A stretch of DNA of 63,439 bases, filler included, from Reticulomyxa filosa (Eukaryota; Protista; Foraminifera), in NCBI GenBank assembly GCA_000512085.1. It is 22 parts of 22 records of this genome, joined end to end, with 100 filler letters (N's around TTAATTAATTAA, not from the genome) between each part and the next. Parts side by side here need not be neighbours in the genome. Positions count along the whole stretch, not along the records: positions 37,382 to 38,474 come from ASPP01029753.1; positions 38,575 to 39,574 come from ASPP01035951.1; positions 39,675 to 42,405 come from ASPP01003237.1; positions 42,506 to 46,295 come from ASPP01027109.1; positions 46,396 to 53,329 come from ASPP01034358.1; 17 more parts are not named here. One strand, 5' to 3'. The translations under genes were made by a program, and so were the position numbers. The notes under the pieces are model-generated. The model did not search any database, was not told the DNA's origin, and worked only from the letters and a program-made list of their open reading frames with translations. Positions 38,322 to 51,310 of this stretch are shown here, piece by piece (position 1 is the first letter of the stretch; every line of letters starts with the position of its first letter).

Positions 38322-40859
38322 TTCTTCTCAATTCGCGTATTTTCACATTGTACCACAACCCGTCAATGACGCGTTTGAAGTGCGAGAGCTCCCAATAGCG
38401 TTTAGATGCGCATTCGCCCCTCCTGGCCGTGCCGACTGACCTCGTGGCGCCTGGAAGACTCGGTCGAGCACGCTNNNNNNNNNNNNNNNNNNNNNNNNNN
38501 NNNNNNNNNNNNNNNNNNTTAATTAATTAANNNNNNNNNNNNNNNNNNNNNNNNNNNNNNNNNNNNNNNNNNNNATTTCATCCCACAAATCGGTCATGAT
38601 CACAAAACAAGTTAATTATAAATAATAATAAGTGTAAATATAAACATGTGCATATATATTTATTTGTTTGTTTATTATTACAGACAAGAAACAACACAAA
38701 CCAAATGCCAATAATTTCCTAGTATCAGTTGCATAGCTATTCCAATGAAACGCAACTCCAGTCTTTGTCTACATGGTGATCGTTGCAGTGATGACGGAAA
38801 TTCGTGATAGCGAGTGTGAACAGCATGTGCACTTTCTGGTCGAACAAAGAATCCGGACCTTTGCCAGCGTTAAAATATCTCATTGCTACTAATCCAAAAT
38901 CTTTTCCTTACATTGACATAACATCAATATCCTTCAGGTGCCAAGTACTTTTCTCCACTCAAGTTACCGCTGATAGTCGAAGGTCAAACGCAATTTCTTT
39001 GGATGAAGACTTTACATTGCCAATGAATACCGCTTTTCCTGTTTGCTGTCATGTGGTCACGTAATCTTGCTCTTCCAAATTGGCCACGTCAAATTTTTCA
39101 ACTATTGCCATCATCTTCATTGGCTGCCTTCAATTCAACTTACTTCAGGCGACAGCCAATTATTAAATAAAATAATAAAAATGTTCAGGTCGCCAAAGCT
39201 GACCAACACAAAAATATAATATTACAAATGTCGTCTCCTTGTCGAGAACGGCATCACATTCTTTGAACAGCGCTAATGCGCATCTCCAATTTTTTTTTTT
39301 TTCCTACACTTTTTTTATCTTTTTAATTTTTCTTTTTTTTTCACTAATTTTTTCTTCATTTTTTCTTTTCTTTTTCAAGCATTTTTTGATTTTTTTTTTT
39401 TCTCATTTTTTTTTTTTCATTTTTCTTAAATAAAATTTTGCGCCCCCCCTTTTTTTCATCCCTTTTTTCACTTTATTTTTTCCCCCCCTCCAAACTTTCA
39501 CTATCCCTCTCACCTTAAGTAGAAATAAAAAATAAAAATATAAAAACTTCCCAATATCGTCTTGATCTTTTCTANNNNNNNNNNNNNNNNNNNNNNNNNN
39601 NNNNNNNNNNNNNNNNNNTTAATTAATTAANNNNNNNNNNNNNNNNNNNNNNNNNNNNNNNNNNNNNNNNNNNNTATTGTCATTATATTACTCTTGCAAA
39701 TAACACCAAAAAAAAATCTTGTTCTTTCACTTCTGCAAGATTCAATGTTAAAAAAAAGCCAATAATAACAACACAACGTGTTACAACAAGCACACAAAAA
39801 CGTAGATTATTATTTTACTTTCATGCCAATAATTACAGCATCTCTCATCTTCTCAGTTGCCTAAAGTTAATCTTTTTTACTTCTTTGACTTAAATAAGAC
39901 AAGAAAACAAAAAAGGAACGTCTTTGTTGATATTTTCAAACGCAAATTTTACAGTCTCTTTTAAAACATTACTTTGCGTGCTGTACTTAAAACTTGGTCT
40001 TTTTAAATTAGTTGAATTAAAAAAAAATATATGACTCTTAAAAAATGTGTCTGAATGTACTTCTTTTTGAACATATGTTTATTTATTTGAAATAAATAGA
40101 TCATTCATGTAAAAACATAAATGTTGATGAAAATGCAAGTTTGATAATATTCAGATTTACATGTAAACTACTTCATTGAAGAAAGAAAATAAATTTATTT
40201 GGATGAATTTTTATGCAATGTTAGCAGTATTGGTTGGAATGATATACAGATAAAGATTGTTATATTCAATTTGTTTTATATAACAACAATCTTTGTTACA
40301 AAAAACAGTTTTGTTCAAAATAAAAGAAAAAATAAAGACTATTGAATAAAAGATTTTTAAAAACGTGTTTTCGAGCGTGGTGTTCATCTTCTTGCATAAT
40401 TAAACAATCATTATCTCAAAAAAAAAGGAAGACAGTTGATTTGAAGCAGTAAAACAACTAAATTGTTACATGGTATCATCGACATCTATTTACATCATTT
40501 GTTGCAATGCATTTCAGAGAAATTATAACTGTTATTTTTCTTTAAAAAATATGATTTAGACTTGTGGTTTTGTTTTGTGATACCAAAAACTTTCATTTAC
40601 ATATTCTCTTTCATGACATAAGTTTAAACTTGTTTAAATTATAAAAAAATTATCATGTATATAAAATGTGCTATATTCAAAAATAAGTACATGAACAACA
40701 CTTTTTTAAAAATTTTTCAACAACTTTTTTTGAACAGAATTGTCTTTTGCAATAAAGGTTTGATGCTTATTACGAAATTTGAACATTGTTCATGCAAATA
40801 ACAAAGAAGACAAGTCATTTTGTTAAATATCATTCCAACATCTTTCATATCATCAAATT

Positions 40860-41060
40860 TATATCTGTATGTGTTAATGTATTGTGTATATCTCAATCGT
40901 TTTACATTTATTTATTTTTGATTGGGTGAGAAAAGATTATCTGAAAAAAAAGATTGGACGCTTTTGATTTGTAGATAAGTAAACAAGGTGAGAAACCTCT
41001 CCAAAAAAAGATACTTTTGCAACTCTAATTACTTGTAAATATGCTTGTTGTCGTCTCATG
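40860..41060 (-). repeat. Dispersed repeat or decayed paralogous exon, copy 1
   Basis: Aligns by eye with 51105-51310 (ttgggtgagaaaaga; tttgatttgtaga.aagtaaacaag; caaaaaa.gatac...caactctaa). Confidence 0.7.
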
Positions 41061-43126
41061 GATTCCAGCAAACTGTCATTTGATATCGTTCTTTCATAAA
41101 TATAATCGGGTTGAAACAAGCCTCGCAACGAGGAAGAGTGTTCTTTCAACCAAATGATAATTGCCCGAAACTTCGACATGCTCATCAAGGTTTCTCAAAA
41201 AAGTAAAAAACTCGATATGCCTTTTCGAATGTTATTATTATTATTTAAGCGACCAAATCAAATGGTGGTCATGATTTCGATAAAATGATGGTCCATGAAT
41301 TTGGTGATCGAAATCCCATTTCTCATTGACCTTTTCAGTAATGCATTCCAAATTGCTATCGACTATTGCAATGATCAGTTCCTCCTTGGAAAAGTATTTG
41401 AGCTGGTCACGTCCATCGGGCACGATCAAGATGTTGTCGGGATGAGTGTCCCTATTAAACCCCTCGTGTTTGAAAATTTGATACTCGTGCACCAAGAGCG
41501 CATCATACAAGAGACAGAGCACTGACGCTGACAAGCTGTCAGGCTACGTCAGCAGTATAAACAGTAGGTCAAGCATATAATTGAGCAAAACGTTAGTGAG
41601 TTGTACTAATATCAGCTTCTTTATTGTATAAGAGAACAGCTTCTCATGCAACAAGCATGAAGGGGGAGTTCGTCAAAGAAACAAAAGTGTGTACACTGGA
41701 AGCACAAATTGTAATACTTGAAGTTAGCAATTTCAAAAAATAAAATAAAAAGTTTAGAATTTTGGTAAATAAAAATTGAAAAGTCAGTTTTTTTTATTTA
41801 GTAAGTCAAACAAACACAGCTGAACGAGTCATGAGAACGGAAAAAAGTTTTTTTTGTTGTAATCAATGATCTTTTAAAGCGCAGACAGCTATTGAAGAAT
41901 CAATAACAAAAAAAATGACGAAAAAGAGCGTGTCATTATGGTGGATGTTATGGTGTAGCACTTCGGTTGTGTGGACGACATTGGTAACGACTGGCGACAC
42001 GAGCGCATGTCCATCGGACGACCATTGCATTGGGTGCAATCAAATGCTAAACTGTTCAACAGAAGGCTGGGTGTGTATTGCATTGCCAGCAAACGGACAC
42101 AGCGTGGACGCACACGACGAAGAGTTATTAGTAGAGAACGAACTGAATGGATTACGAACACAATCACACTCAAATATTGCGTAGTGTTCAATACAACAAC
42201 AACAACACACTGATTTATCCTTGCGGCATCAACACATGATACTCGAGCACAACCAAGTTGTTTGGATTTTTGCGAGGCTTTATTCTGGTCATGCACATAT
42301 CACATGCATTTTTGCGTGGCGTAAATGATTCCCCGATCAGCAAGTATACGTAGATCAAAAATGATACAATCGCGTCATCGACGAATACGAATAGAAGAAC
42401 TGTCANNNNNNNNNNNNNNNNNNNNNNNNNNNNNNNNNNNNNNNNNNNNTTAATTAATTAANNNNNNNNNNNNNNNNNNNNNNNNNNNNNNNNNNNNNNN
42501 NNNNNATGTATATGTATATGTTTTGATAGTTTGATGTAACTCGAAGAGCATCAGTAGTACTTTCCGTTTCTAAAAACTAGAACAAATTTCAACCTGGTTT
42601 CGTGAGATTAAGCAAATGGATACAACAAAATACTTGAATTATCAAAGCATTTTGACAAAATTTTTAGTAATGGTTGGTCTTTTGCGCAGTGGGTTAACAA
42701 AACAAGGTTTTTGTTTTTAAAACAAATTTTTGATACTTTGAAATACTTGCCATTGCAAGTGTTTAGTATATTTCTTTCATTCTGTAAGTGAATATTAATT
42801 AAAATTAAGCACTAATCACAAAATCACTTATCTTAAATTAACTTTTTTTTTTTTTTTGTTGAAAAGCAAGAAAAACTGCAACAAATAAAATGTGTTTCAA
42901 AATCAAATCAAAAGACAATTTGCAAAAGTTCCACTAAAATCTGAAAACAAGTCCAAGTGGGTTTCAACAAAATTACTTGCACGTTCTTTTTTTTAAAAAA
43001 AAGGTCCTTCGCTTCTTCCTTGACGTTGTTGGCTTTGGTGTAAGTGGAGGAACAGTGTTTGGAGTTTAAGCTTGAATACTTTCCAGACGAGTAAAAAAAA
43101 AAAAAAAAGCAAGCAAAAGACAAAAG

Positions 43127-44249
43127 ATGTTCTTAGACGCACATAAAGCAGGATTTAAATCAGAGTGGTCATTTGTGGTGACGATGGTGATAAATTTAAT
43201 TTGTGGTTTGTATTGCTTGGGACTGTTGTTTTTATCGTGGTGGTACATGTGGCAGAAGGCAACACCAAGATCACGAAATGTGTCTATGAATAGCGATGCG
43301 CAAAGCACTTCACAAATAGAAATGAGAGAGTTAAATGTGAATGATATCTCCAACGTCGATCCTCGTCCGACCAATGTTCACAAACACCTAAAACTAGTGG
43401 TAATTTTGTATATTACAAGTTGCATCTTGAATTGTATTGGGACTATTTGCGAACGCTTCGCGTACGCGGCACCTAGTGTTTCTGCAAGTGCATGCAATGA
43501 AACATTATACGTATTTTATGTGAGAGTAGTGACCGATAGTTTGTTCTTTTTGTTTTACGTTATCCGAGTTCTCATTATACTTCGGGGAAGTGTATTCGAG
43601 TTGCCCAAATGGCGCCAATGGTTTTTCATGACCGCTCCTAGTGTCACTTTTGGCACACTTTTTGTGTCATCCCAAATAAGGGCTGAAAGTAGAAATTGCC
43701 ATTCGGATCCCCAAGAAGTATGGTATTTGACCGCTCTTATTTGTTGCCAATTTTTTTGGAATGTTGTCTTATTTGTGTTTTTGGTTTATTATCTGTACCA
43801 AGTTGGGTGCTACTCGCGATACAAATATTACACCTTTTTTTTATTCGCCCCTTTTTTTTTCAAGTTTTTTATTTCAGCACTAACACTGTCTTTATTTTTT
43901 CGAATGTTTTTTTTGTTACTACCCCCTCCCCCCCCTTTCAACGGAAAAGAGAACAAAATTTACTGTCAGCTTATCCAAAAAAAAAAAAAAAAAGGTTGCG
44001 AATGACAAACTTATTTCTGATAAATCATGTCGAAAGGGCTTAAAAGAGTATTTGAAGAGATTGTTGCGGCTATTTTTGATTACCGAGTTGTTTGATTTTG
44101 TGACGTACACATGTATTTTGGTGACATCGTTACATGAGATGGTGTGGTCGGTCATGGCGATTGAACTTTGTTTAAATTGCACGAGTATGGTTTTGTCCTT
44201 TGCTTTTGCAAAGTCGATTTTTGATTTTGTTTGTTTATGTAAAAGGTGA
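43127..44249 (+). CDS. Seven-transmembrane (GPCR-like) protein (intron ~43802-43994)
   Basis: Five hydrophobic helices in the first exon and two in the second. Cys residues in predicted extracellular loops and FYVIR at the end of TM3. Confidence 0.6.
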
Positions 44250-45387
44250 TATTTTTCTATTGTTGTCAAGAAGCGGGAGGGACAGATCGTTTTGGTGGTT
44301 TTTTTTTTTGTTGTTTTCTGGTTGTTTTTTTTTTTGTTGTTTTCTGGTTGTTTTTTTTTTTTGTCCCCAATTGCTGAAATATTATGATTTTAGTTTCCAA
44401 TGGCTTTGGTCTTTGATGGGAAATGCATAGCAAATTTTTTAAAAAATCTTACATAGGTTGTGAATACACTTTGTTTTGAGAAGAGGGAGAAAATTGTATC
44501 GCTTATGGATTGTTGGAGAAAATATAAAAATTTTATCTGTTTTGTTTATTTTTTTTTATGCCAAGAATAATTTTTCAAAATTTTTTATTATTTTTCTCAC
44601 CTGGCGATTGCGGTCATTATTCGAACGAGAACAATACAAGATATAACCCACATGAATTTTTCTCATCTTAACGATCAAAAATCTACTGTAGAGAAACATT
44701 TTACCTCTTCAAAAGCTATGACGAAACACGTGTGAAACAAAATCAGCTATAGCTCACAAAAAAGAGAGTATTCAGTGCCAATTTATAACGTCAGAGCAAT
44801 TAGCCACATTTTTTCCACAAACAAATGCTCCAGCAAAGACATACAAGACTTCAGTGTGTTTCAGAAAACCACATGATAAGGATTTCAAAAATATTTTTGA
44901 TTACACTTAGTGTTTCAAGAGAACTAATCATGTAATGCTGATTTTGGTTGTGCTGCGTTGCCGTTCCCACTACAACTTTGAAATTGCAACTAAATTTTCG
45001 TTTAATAGTAAGAAGATAAAGCAAGTGAAATTGCTGCTGATAATACAAACAAATTATAGCGTTTTCAAACCAGCGTAGAAGACCGAGGTCAGAATATAAA
45101 CTCTTCCCAAGGGTTTACCTCATCACATTTAGCCTTCCCTTTAGTAGCTTCAACAGAAATAATAAATATACAAAAACTAAAAATCAAAAAGGTTATATTG
45201 CACGAAAGTTTAGAATCTGAGTATTCACTCCGTTTTTCAAAATACTATTATTGAATAAATTAAGCATAAAACAAGTAAAGAAGAGAGCAGTAGTTATATT
45301 TGAAGTGTAACCAACCTGAAATTCGATGCGATTTCACGAATTCAATAAACTTGAACTAAGAGATAATAACGTTTAGCCCAAGTTTGG

Positions 45388-46295
45388 TCATTCGTGAGGA
45401 ATGTGGACAAATAATTGTTTAAACTGAAAAAGATAGTAACCCAAACAAACTTGTCCAATTGACCCGGAGCTAAACGTTTTTTTGTGGTCAGTTTCAAATT
45501 TGTGTTTTTTTTTATTTTTAACGCTCATGTTCTCCCCTTCTTCCCTCTTCAAAGCCTGAACCACAATTTCTTTCTTCATTATTTACCAACAAATCGAAAA
45601 AAAAATCACAATTTTACAAGCGAGTAAAGAAACAACCACAAAAACAAAACGCAATTTAAAATTGGAAAGTATTACTTTTTTTTGATAACTTGTTCAATTC
45701 TCTCTTTCTTAGTATCTAAAAATGCTATTAAGACAAAAACAAAGCAAAAAAAAAAAGAAAAGCAAGCAAACAATCAAGGCAAAACCACACATAACATTAC
45801 AATATATACAGTCCCCATCCACCCATCCCAATCCCCCCCCATTCGCACAACTATGTTTATGTAACCTTTTTGATAAATACAATATAAGTCCGAAGAAAAT
45901 AATTAAAAAAAAAAATAGATCGTAACAATCATCCAAAGTTCTTGTGTAAAGAAACTTTTTCTCTGGGTCTCGTTCAGCAATATCCCTTTTGAAAGTTTCT
46001 TTCAAATCGTTAATGGTAGGTAATTTGGACATTAATTTTTGCAATTCGTCAGATTCTTCTTTGGCGGACTTGAAGAGGTCAGAAACGATATCTTGTATTT
46101 TCTTTGCCTTTGCACGCGTCTCCAAGCCAAAGTTTGAGCAATTTAAGCAGAGTTTCCACAATTTGCCCTGTCGATCCAGCAAAAAGCGATACACGTATAT
46201 CAGCCACAGCATCGGTTCACAAACAATGCGACGGCTGCTAATGTATTTGGGATTTCGATCATCCATCAAATTGGCCAAGCTGTCTACCCTGTTTG
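45388..46295 (-). CDS. Hypothetical protein, 5'-partial, multi-exon
   Basis: Coding-like ORF (LANLMDDRNPKY...RDPEKKFLYTRTLDDC) followed by an intron-like tract and a probable last exon. Confidence 0.45.
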
Positions 46296-47699
46296 NNNNN
46301 NNNNNNNNNNNNNNNNNNNNNNNNNNNNNNNNNNNNNNNTTAATTAATTAANNNNNNNNNNNNNNNNNNNNNNNNNNNNNNNNNNNNNNNNNNNNGCACC
46401 AATCACGACCCCAAGATTAGGCCATAATATCAACGTTATCTCAAATGCCCATGATAAAATAGCGACGAAACGGAGCCAATAGCAATAACAACCAATTGGA
46501 AGGCAGCATTCATGGCTTTGATATATTCACATTTAATACAATGCTTTGATCATTGTATAATGTGTTGATCCGTTGCTTTGTCTCCGGATATGAATGAAGG
46601 CAAATGGAACACCATTGCTTCGACGCGGAATTGTTAGTTGTGTTCATGTTTGTAATGACATGAATGTTCACATACTTGGCAAAACGGAGTGGCTCTTAAA
46701 AACGCAGGTATTACTACAATGATGAGATATGGTGTTGAGAGAGTGTGTATTGTGATAGAGACGACTATTACTTTCTTGAATCGGATGTCGCCTTAGAGAG
46801 ATTCACCAAATTTGTATTTGATTACGTGCAAATGATACTTCCAATATTGTAGATAAACCAATATTGTTTCCCGAACCAATTTCTTCATATATCTTTTGTA
46901 TTGCCACTATTCACTGTTGTTTGTACTATTTGTCATGGAGGGGTCACTATATTATTCTTTTCTGGATATCTTTTGCATACCAAATTTTTCTTTGTTGTTT
47001 TTGTGACTTCCACTCTCACCAAGACAGTAGTATTTGCCTCAGCGTGTCTCCTTCTTCTTCTTTACTTGCGGTTCCATTATCTCCACTTCTTGTGGACTTA
47101 GCATATTCTAGTTATTGTAAAAACAAAAATAACAAACAACAAATCAATTCAAATTGTTTAGATATAAAGACACAAATAATAAATATTTTTTTAACTTCAA
47201 TCTTTTTTCAAAAGCATTCAAATCAACGAGGATGATTATTTCCTTCCAATTTACTTGACGGGCGGCATACTATGATTTAATATTTTTCACCGAATCAACA
47301 CCAATTGTATCTTGGGAATGTTCGATGTATCTTTGGTGTGTCGATATGGGGGAGAGGGGTCATAAATAGCATAACTATAAATACATGTAAAGGGCGGAGA
47401 TTGTATTTGGTTGATCATGCTAATTGTTGAGTTGGAGTGAATTGAATGAACGTATTGCATGATAATATGAGTGTTGTTATGCAATTGTAAGTGCATAGCA
47501 TTTCATTTTCATTTCCATAAATATAATCCATAATCACTTGTAGTCTTGGTGAAACACACGTCAGCACCTTTTAGGGATTTGTTGTGTTGACCATATTCAT
47601 CCACTTTATCTCCTTTCTTCTTTCGATCAATTTATCCATCGCTACTTGTTATATTCTTGAAGTGACCAATATGCCACTAATACTATTGATGCATATTTT

Positions 47700-48040
47700 G
47701 CTACTTTTTTTTTCTCTTTCATTAATATACTCGTTTTCTTTTTCTAATTCTTTTTGTTCTTTTTCATATTTTTCTTCATATCATTCTTTTCTGTTTCTTC
47801 TTCTTCTTATCATTCTTCTTTTTCTTGTTATTGTTCTTCATGTTCTTCTTCGTGTCCTTCTTATTATTATTATTTTTGTTCTTGTCTTGTTCTTGTTCTT
47901 CCCGTTTTTCTTCATGTCTTTATCCTTCTGCTTCTTCTTGTTCTTGTTCTTATTGTCCTTGTTCTTATTCTCCTTGTCCTTGTTATTCTTCTTCTTGTTC
48001 TTCTTCTTCTTGTTCTTCTTCTTTTTCTTTCTTTCATTTC
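47700..48040. repeat. Low-complexity (TTC/TTG)n tract, decayed Glu/Gln/Lys-rich coding remnant on the minus strand
   Basis: GAAGAAGAACAA-type repeats on the minus strand, interrupted by stops. Confidence 0.6.
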
Positions 48041-49240
48041 AAATCTATATTCACATTATTTTGAGTAAGACATATCACAACAGCTTACTGTTTTAAGATT
48101 TGTTTTTTTAAACAAACATAAAAAAAAGGATAATATTTAACTGTTTATATCCACAAACTGGATACCAATTTTTTTTTAAATAAAATTCAATTTTCTTTTT
48201 TTCATTTCTTATTCTCTTTTTTCTTTCATTATTACTTTTTCTTTTTTTTTTCTTTTTTCAATATTCTTTTTTCAATATTCTTTTTTCTATTTTCTTTTTT
48301 TTTTCCCTTTTTTCTTTTTATTATCATCTTTTTTTTTTCTTCTAATTTTTAATAATTTCTCCATTTTTTTTCTAACTTATTAATACATTTTTTTTTTATC
48401 TCACTTATGATTTTTTCATTATCTTCCCCAAATCCCCTTCAGAGAACAAACACACAATCAAACTTTGGGACATATATACACAAATACACAAACAAAGTTA
48501 TATTTTATAATTTTTTAAGGACAAGCAAAAAAATATATTTAACTGTGACCGATGGACCATGATTGCAAATTTCAATTCCTTTTTTACTGTGGTAAACACT
48601 TCAAAATTTTTTTAAGGGGGAGGGGCATAAATAAATATATGTACATATATTTTTTTTTGAAGGGGAAATTCCTGCTTCCTATATGTTCACAAACACAACT
48701 ACATTATTTACTAACATCATATATAAATATAAATATAGACATAATCATACTTTTTTTACTCCTTTCGGAGACAGGGTGGATTTCAACCCCGATTTTCTTT
48801 TTCATTTTTTTTTGTGTGGAGATTTGGACCAATTGAACAATCTTTACCAGGCGGGGGAACCTATATTACAAAGCATACAACAGTTAAATATATTCAAAAA
48901 AGAAAGTAATAAAACAAACCTGATGTTTTCCTTTCGGAGACGGAGGTGGTTTCTACCCCATATTTTTTTTTTCTATCAGCGTGATATTCTATTTTGCACA
49001 AACACACAATATATAGCTTAAGTTAGACATATACAAAAAGATTTTACCTTATATAGTGCCAAAGTCTTGCAATGCATCGCTAATCTTGTTTGCCACGTGA
49101 GTGCAATTTGTTCTTTGATGACATCCAATTTAACATCATTTTGCCACATTGTTCCATACGTACTCCTATACACAAGTCACAAAAAAAAAGATGGATATTA
49201 TCTCAACAACAATAAAAAAAACAAAGTTAACTTTGCAATG

Positions 49241-50661
49241 TTACAAATATCGCCGGTGTTTGGATGGTAACTTGGAAATGTTTGTGTGTAATGGAATATC
49301 TACATTAATGTTATCATCGCTATGGAATTGTTCGATGTAGACGACAATACTTGGAAGATTAGTGGTAATGTTTGGATGAGTAATTGCAATGGTCGGATGA
49401 GTGACAATGTTTGGATGATAGTGGTATGCTTGGAGGAGTATTGGCATTTTGTTGAGAAAATAGCGCTTGCATACAAGTCGACTTTACACATGTTGCGCAG
49501 ATTGCATAAGCGCAATTGAACACAACGCCTTTGCGGAAGGAGTGCTTCTTTGCACAGCAGATGGTGGGCATTACGACTGACTTGCTCGTCAGATGCGTTA
49601 TGTACCATCCATCCCACTTGCGTCAAAAGCGCCTCATTCATTTCAAAGGCATGTGCCAGACAATTGGACAAAGACGACTGACTTTCAGTCACACTTTGTG
49701 CCAGCAAATGCAGCCGGTTGGACAGTATGTAAAAATCAGTGTCGTCGTTTGTCCACGTCTCGTTTACCAATGGCATTGCAAAACCGCGCCAATCCTTTCC
49801 TGCGTTATCGTTTGGTCTATACAATTTTTTTGTTTTTTTTTTAAAAAAAAAAGAAGAAAAAAAACAACTTAACATTGCAGAATTGGACAATATTGTAAAA
49901 TTGCCGGCGAAGTTGTGAAAGTCGATGTTAAGCTTTTTGATTTGACGCCGGACTTTGTGATCTGTAAATGCAATTCTGTTTTTATTTTTAAAAATTTTTA
50001 ATCAAATACATCGTATATGCAATTACTTATCTAACTCACTATCTCCTGATAGAAGTAAACATCCTTTTTTTTTTCTCATGTACATATTTTTTTTTCATTT
50101 GATCTTTATATCTATGTTGTTTACCTTTGTGATATTACTTTGAGTGTCAATTTGAAAAAAGTCGACGAGGCACCTGAAATTGATTGGCACATATTCATGA
50201 CAGTCATTTTGATATATGGACTATTCTCGCAACGCTTTGTATTGATCAATAGCGTGCTAGGGGGAAAACGTATACTTTCGTTTTCTAATAACATCGACCC
50301 ATTGTTGAAAATTCCCACAAATGATAAAATTGTCAATTTGTAGCTTTGTGGGCATTGTACACACTTCAATGTTTTCGATATCCAAACGTATTTGATATAG
50401 TAGCTGACAAATGTATTCAATGATGTTGACAATATGCACATGTTGTTGTGATTTGAGTGTGTTCGTCCGTTCGTCACGTTCTTGCTTGAATGAAATGTAT
50501 TCGCATTCGACACAACTAAAAGTGCATTTAATACATGCATTGTCACCAATATAAGCGAAAATTTCATACCTCTGCAAAATAACCAAAGCTGTTGACTCAT
50601 CTTTTTTCTTACGTTTGCCCCCTCCACTCGTACTAGACACAATGAAACGGAAGGACATCAA
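49241..50661 (-). pseudogene. Multi-exon gene remnant of unknown family with in-frame stops
   Basis: Exon-like blocks (IAFTDHKVRRQIKKLNIDFHNF|RPNDNAGKDWRGF) are bounded by GT-AG. The upstream exon 50121-50661 carries stops. Confidence 0.35.
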
Positions 50662-51104
50662 ATGAGGAAAATAAAAAAAAAGTTTGTGGCAAACGATTTG
50701 TAGAAATACCGAGTTTATTGATCATGTAATTTGTTGTACTTGTTTATATACATTTAACATAGTTCAAGACAGATAAAAAAGTTAGTTTTTTCATTTTAAA
50801 ATTCTTTTCAAGTTAACTGCAGCCTGATCACATAAAAAGGCTGAACGGATAAAAAAATCTCCAATAAAAAAAGTCAAATGAAAGCAAGAACAAATGTTTC
50901 GTTGCCTCTTGGCATGAAAAATTTCATATTTCATGCAATCATTGTAGTGCCATCGTATGGGTTGCCTTATTGTCTGATCATGTAAGGCAATGGCAAATAT
51001 TGATAAAAACTTCTTTGCATTCATTCGATGTGTCAATATCATTATGCCAAAAGTGCATATGGTACAAAACATATAATTTCTTGGCTTATTTTTATTTGAT
51101 AAAT

Positions 51105-51310
51105 CGCAATATCTGTCTGCGTCTTTGTGTATTGTGTACATCGCAATTGTTTTACACTTTGTTTTTTTTTTGGTTGGGTGAGAAAAGAGATCATCTCAAA
51201 AAAATTGATTGGGTGCTCTTTGATTTGTAGACAAGTAAACAAGATGTGAAGTCTTTTCAAAAAAGATACCTGAACAACTCTAAGCACTTGAAAAAGCGCT
51301 TGTCATCTCA
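51105..51310 (-). repeat. Dispersed repeat or decayed paralogous exon, copy 2
   Basis: Homologous to 40860-41060. Peptides QVLRVVQVSFL and QVIRVAKVSFF correspond. Confidence 0.7.

Noticed and set aside
45085-45130. Possible C/D-box snoRNA on the minus strand (TGATGA...CTGA)
   Set aside because: The boxes are too close together, with no convincing terminal stem or recognisable rRNA guide.
47584-48096. Very hydrophobic Phe/Leu ORF as a membrane protein
   Set aside because: It is simply the translation of a (TTC/TTG)n low-complexity tract.
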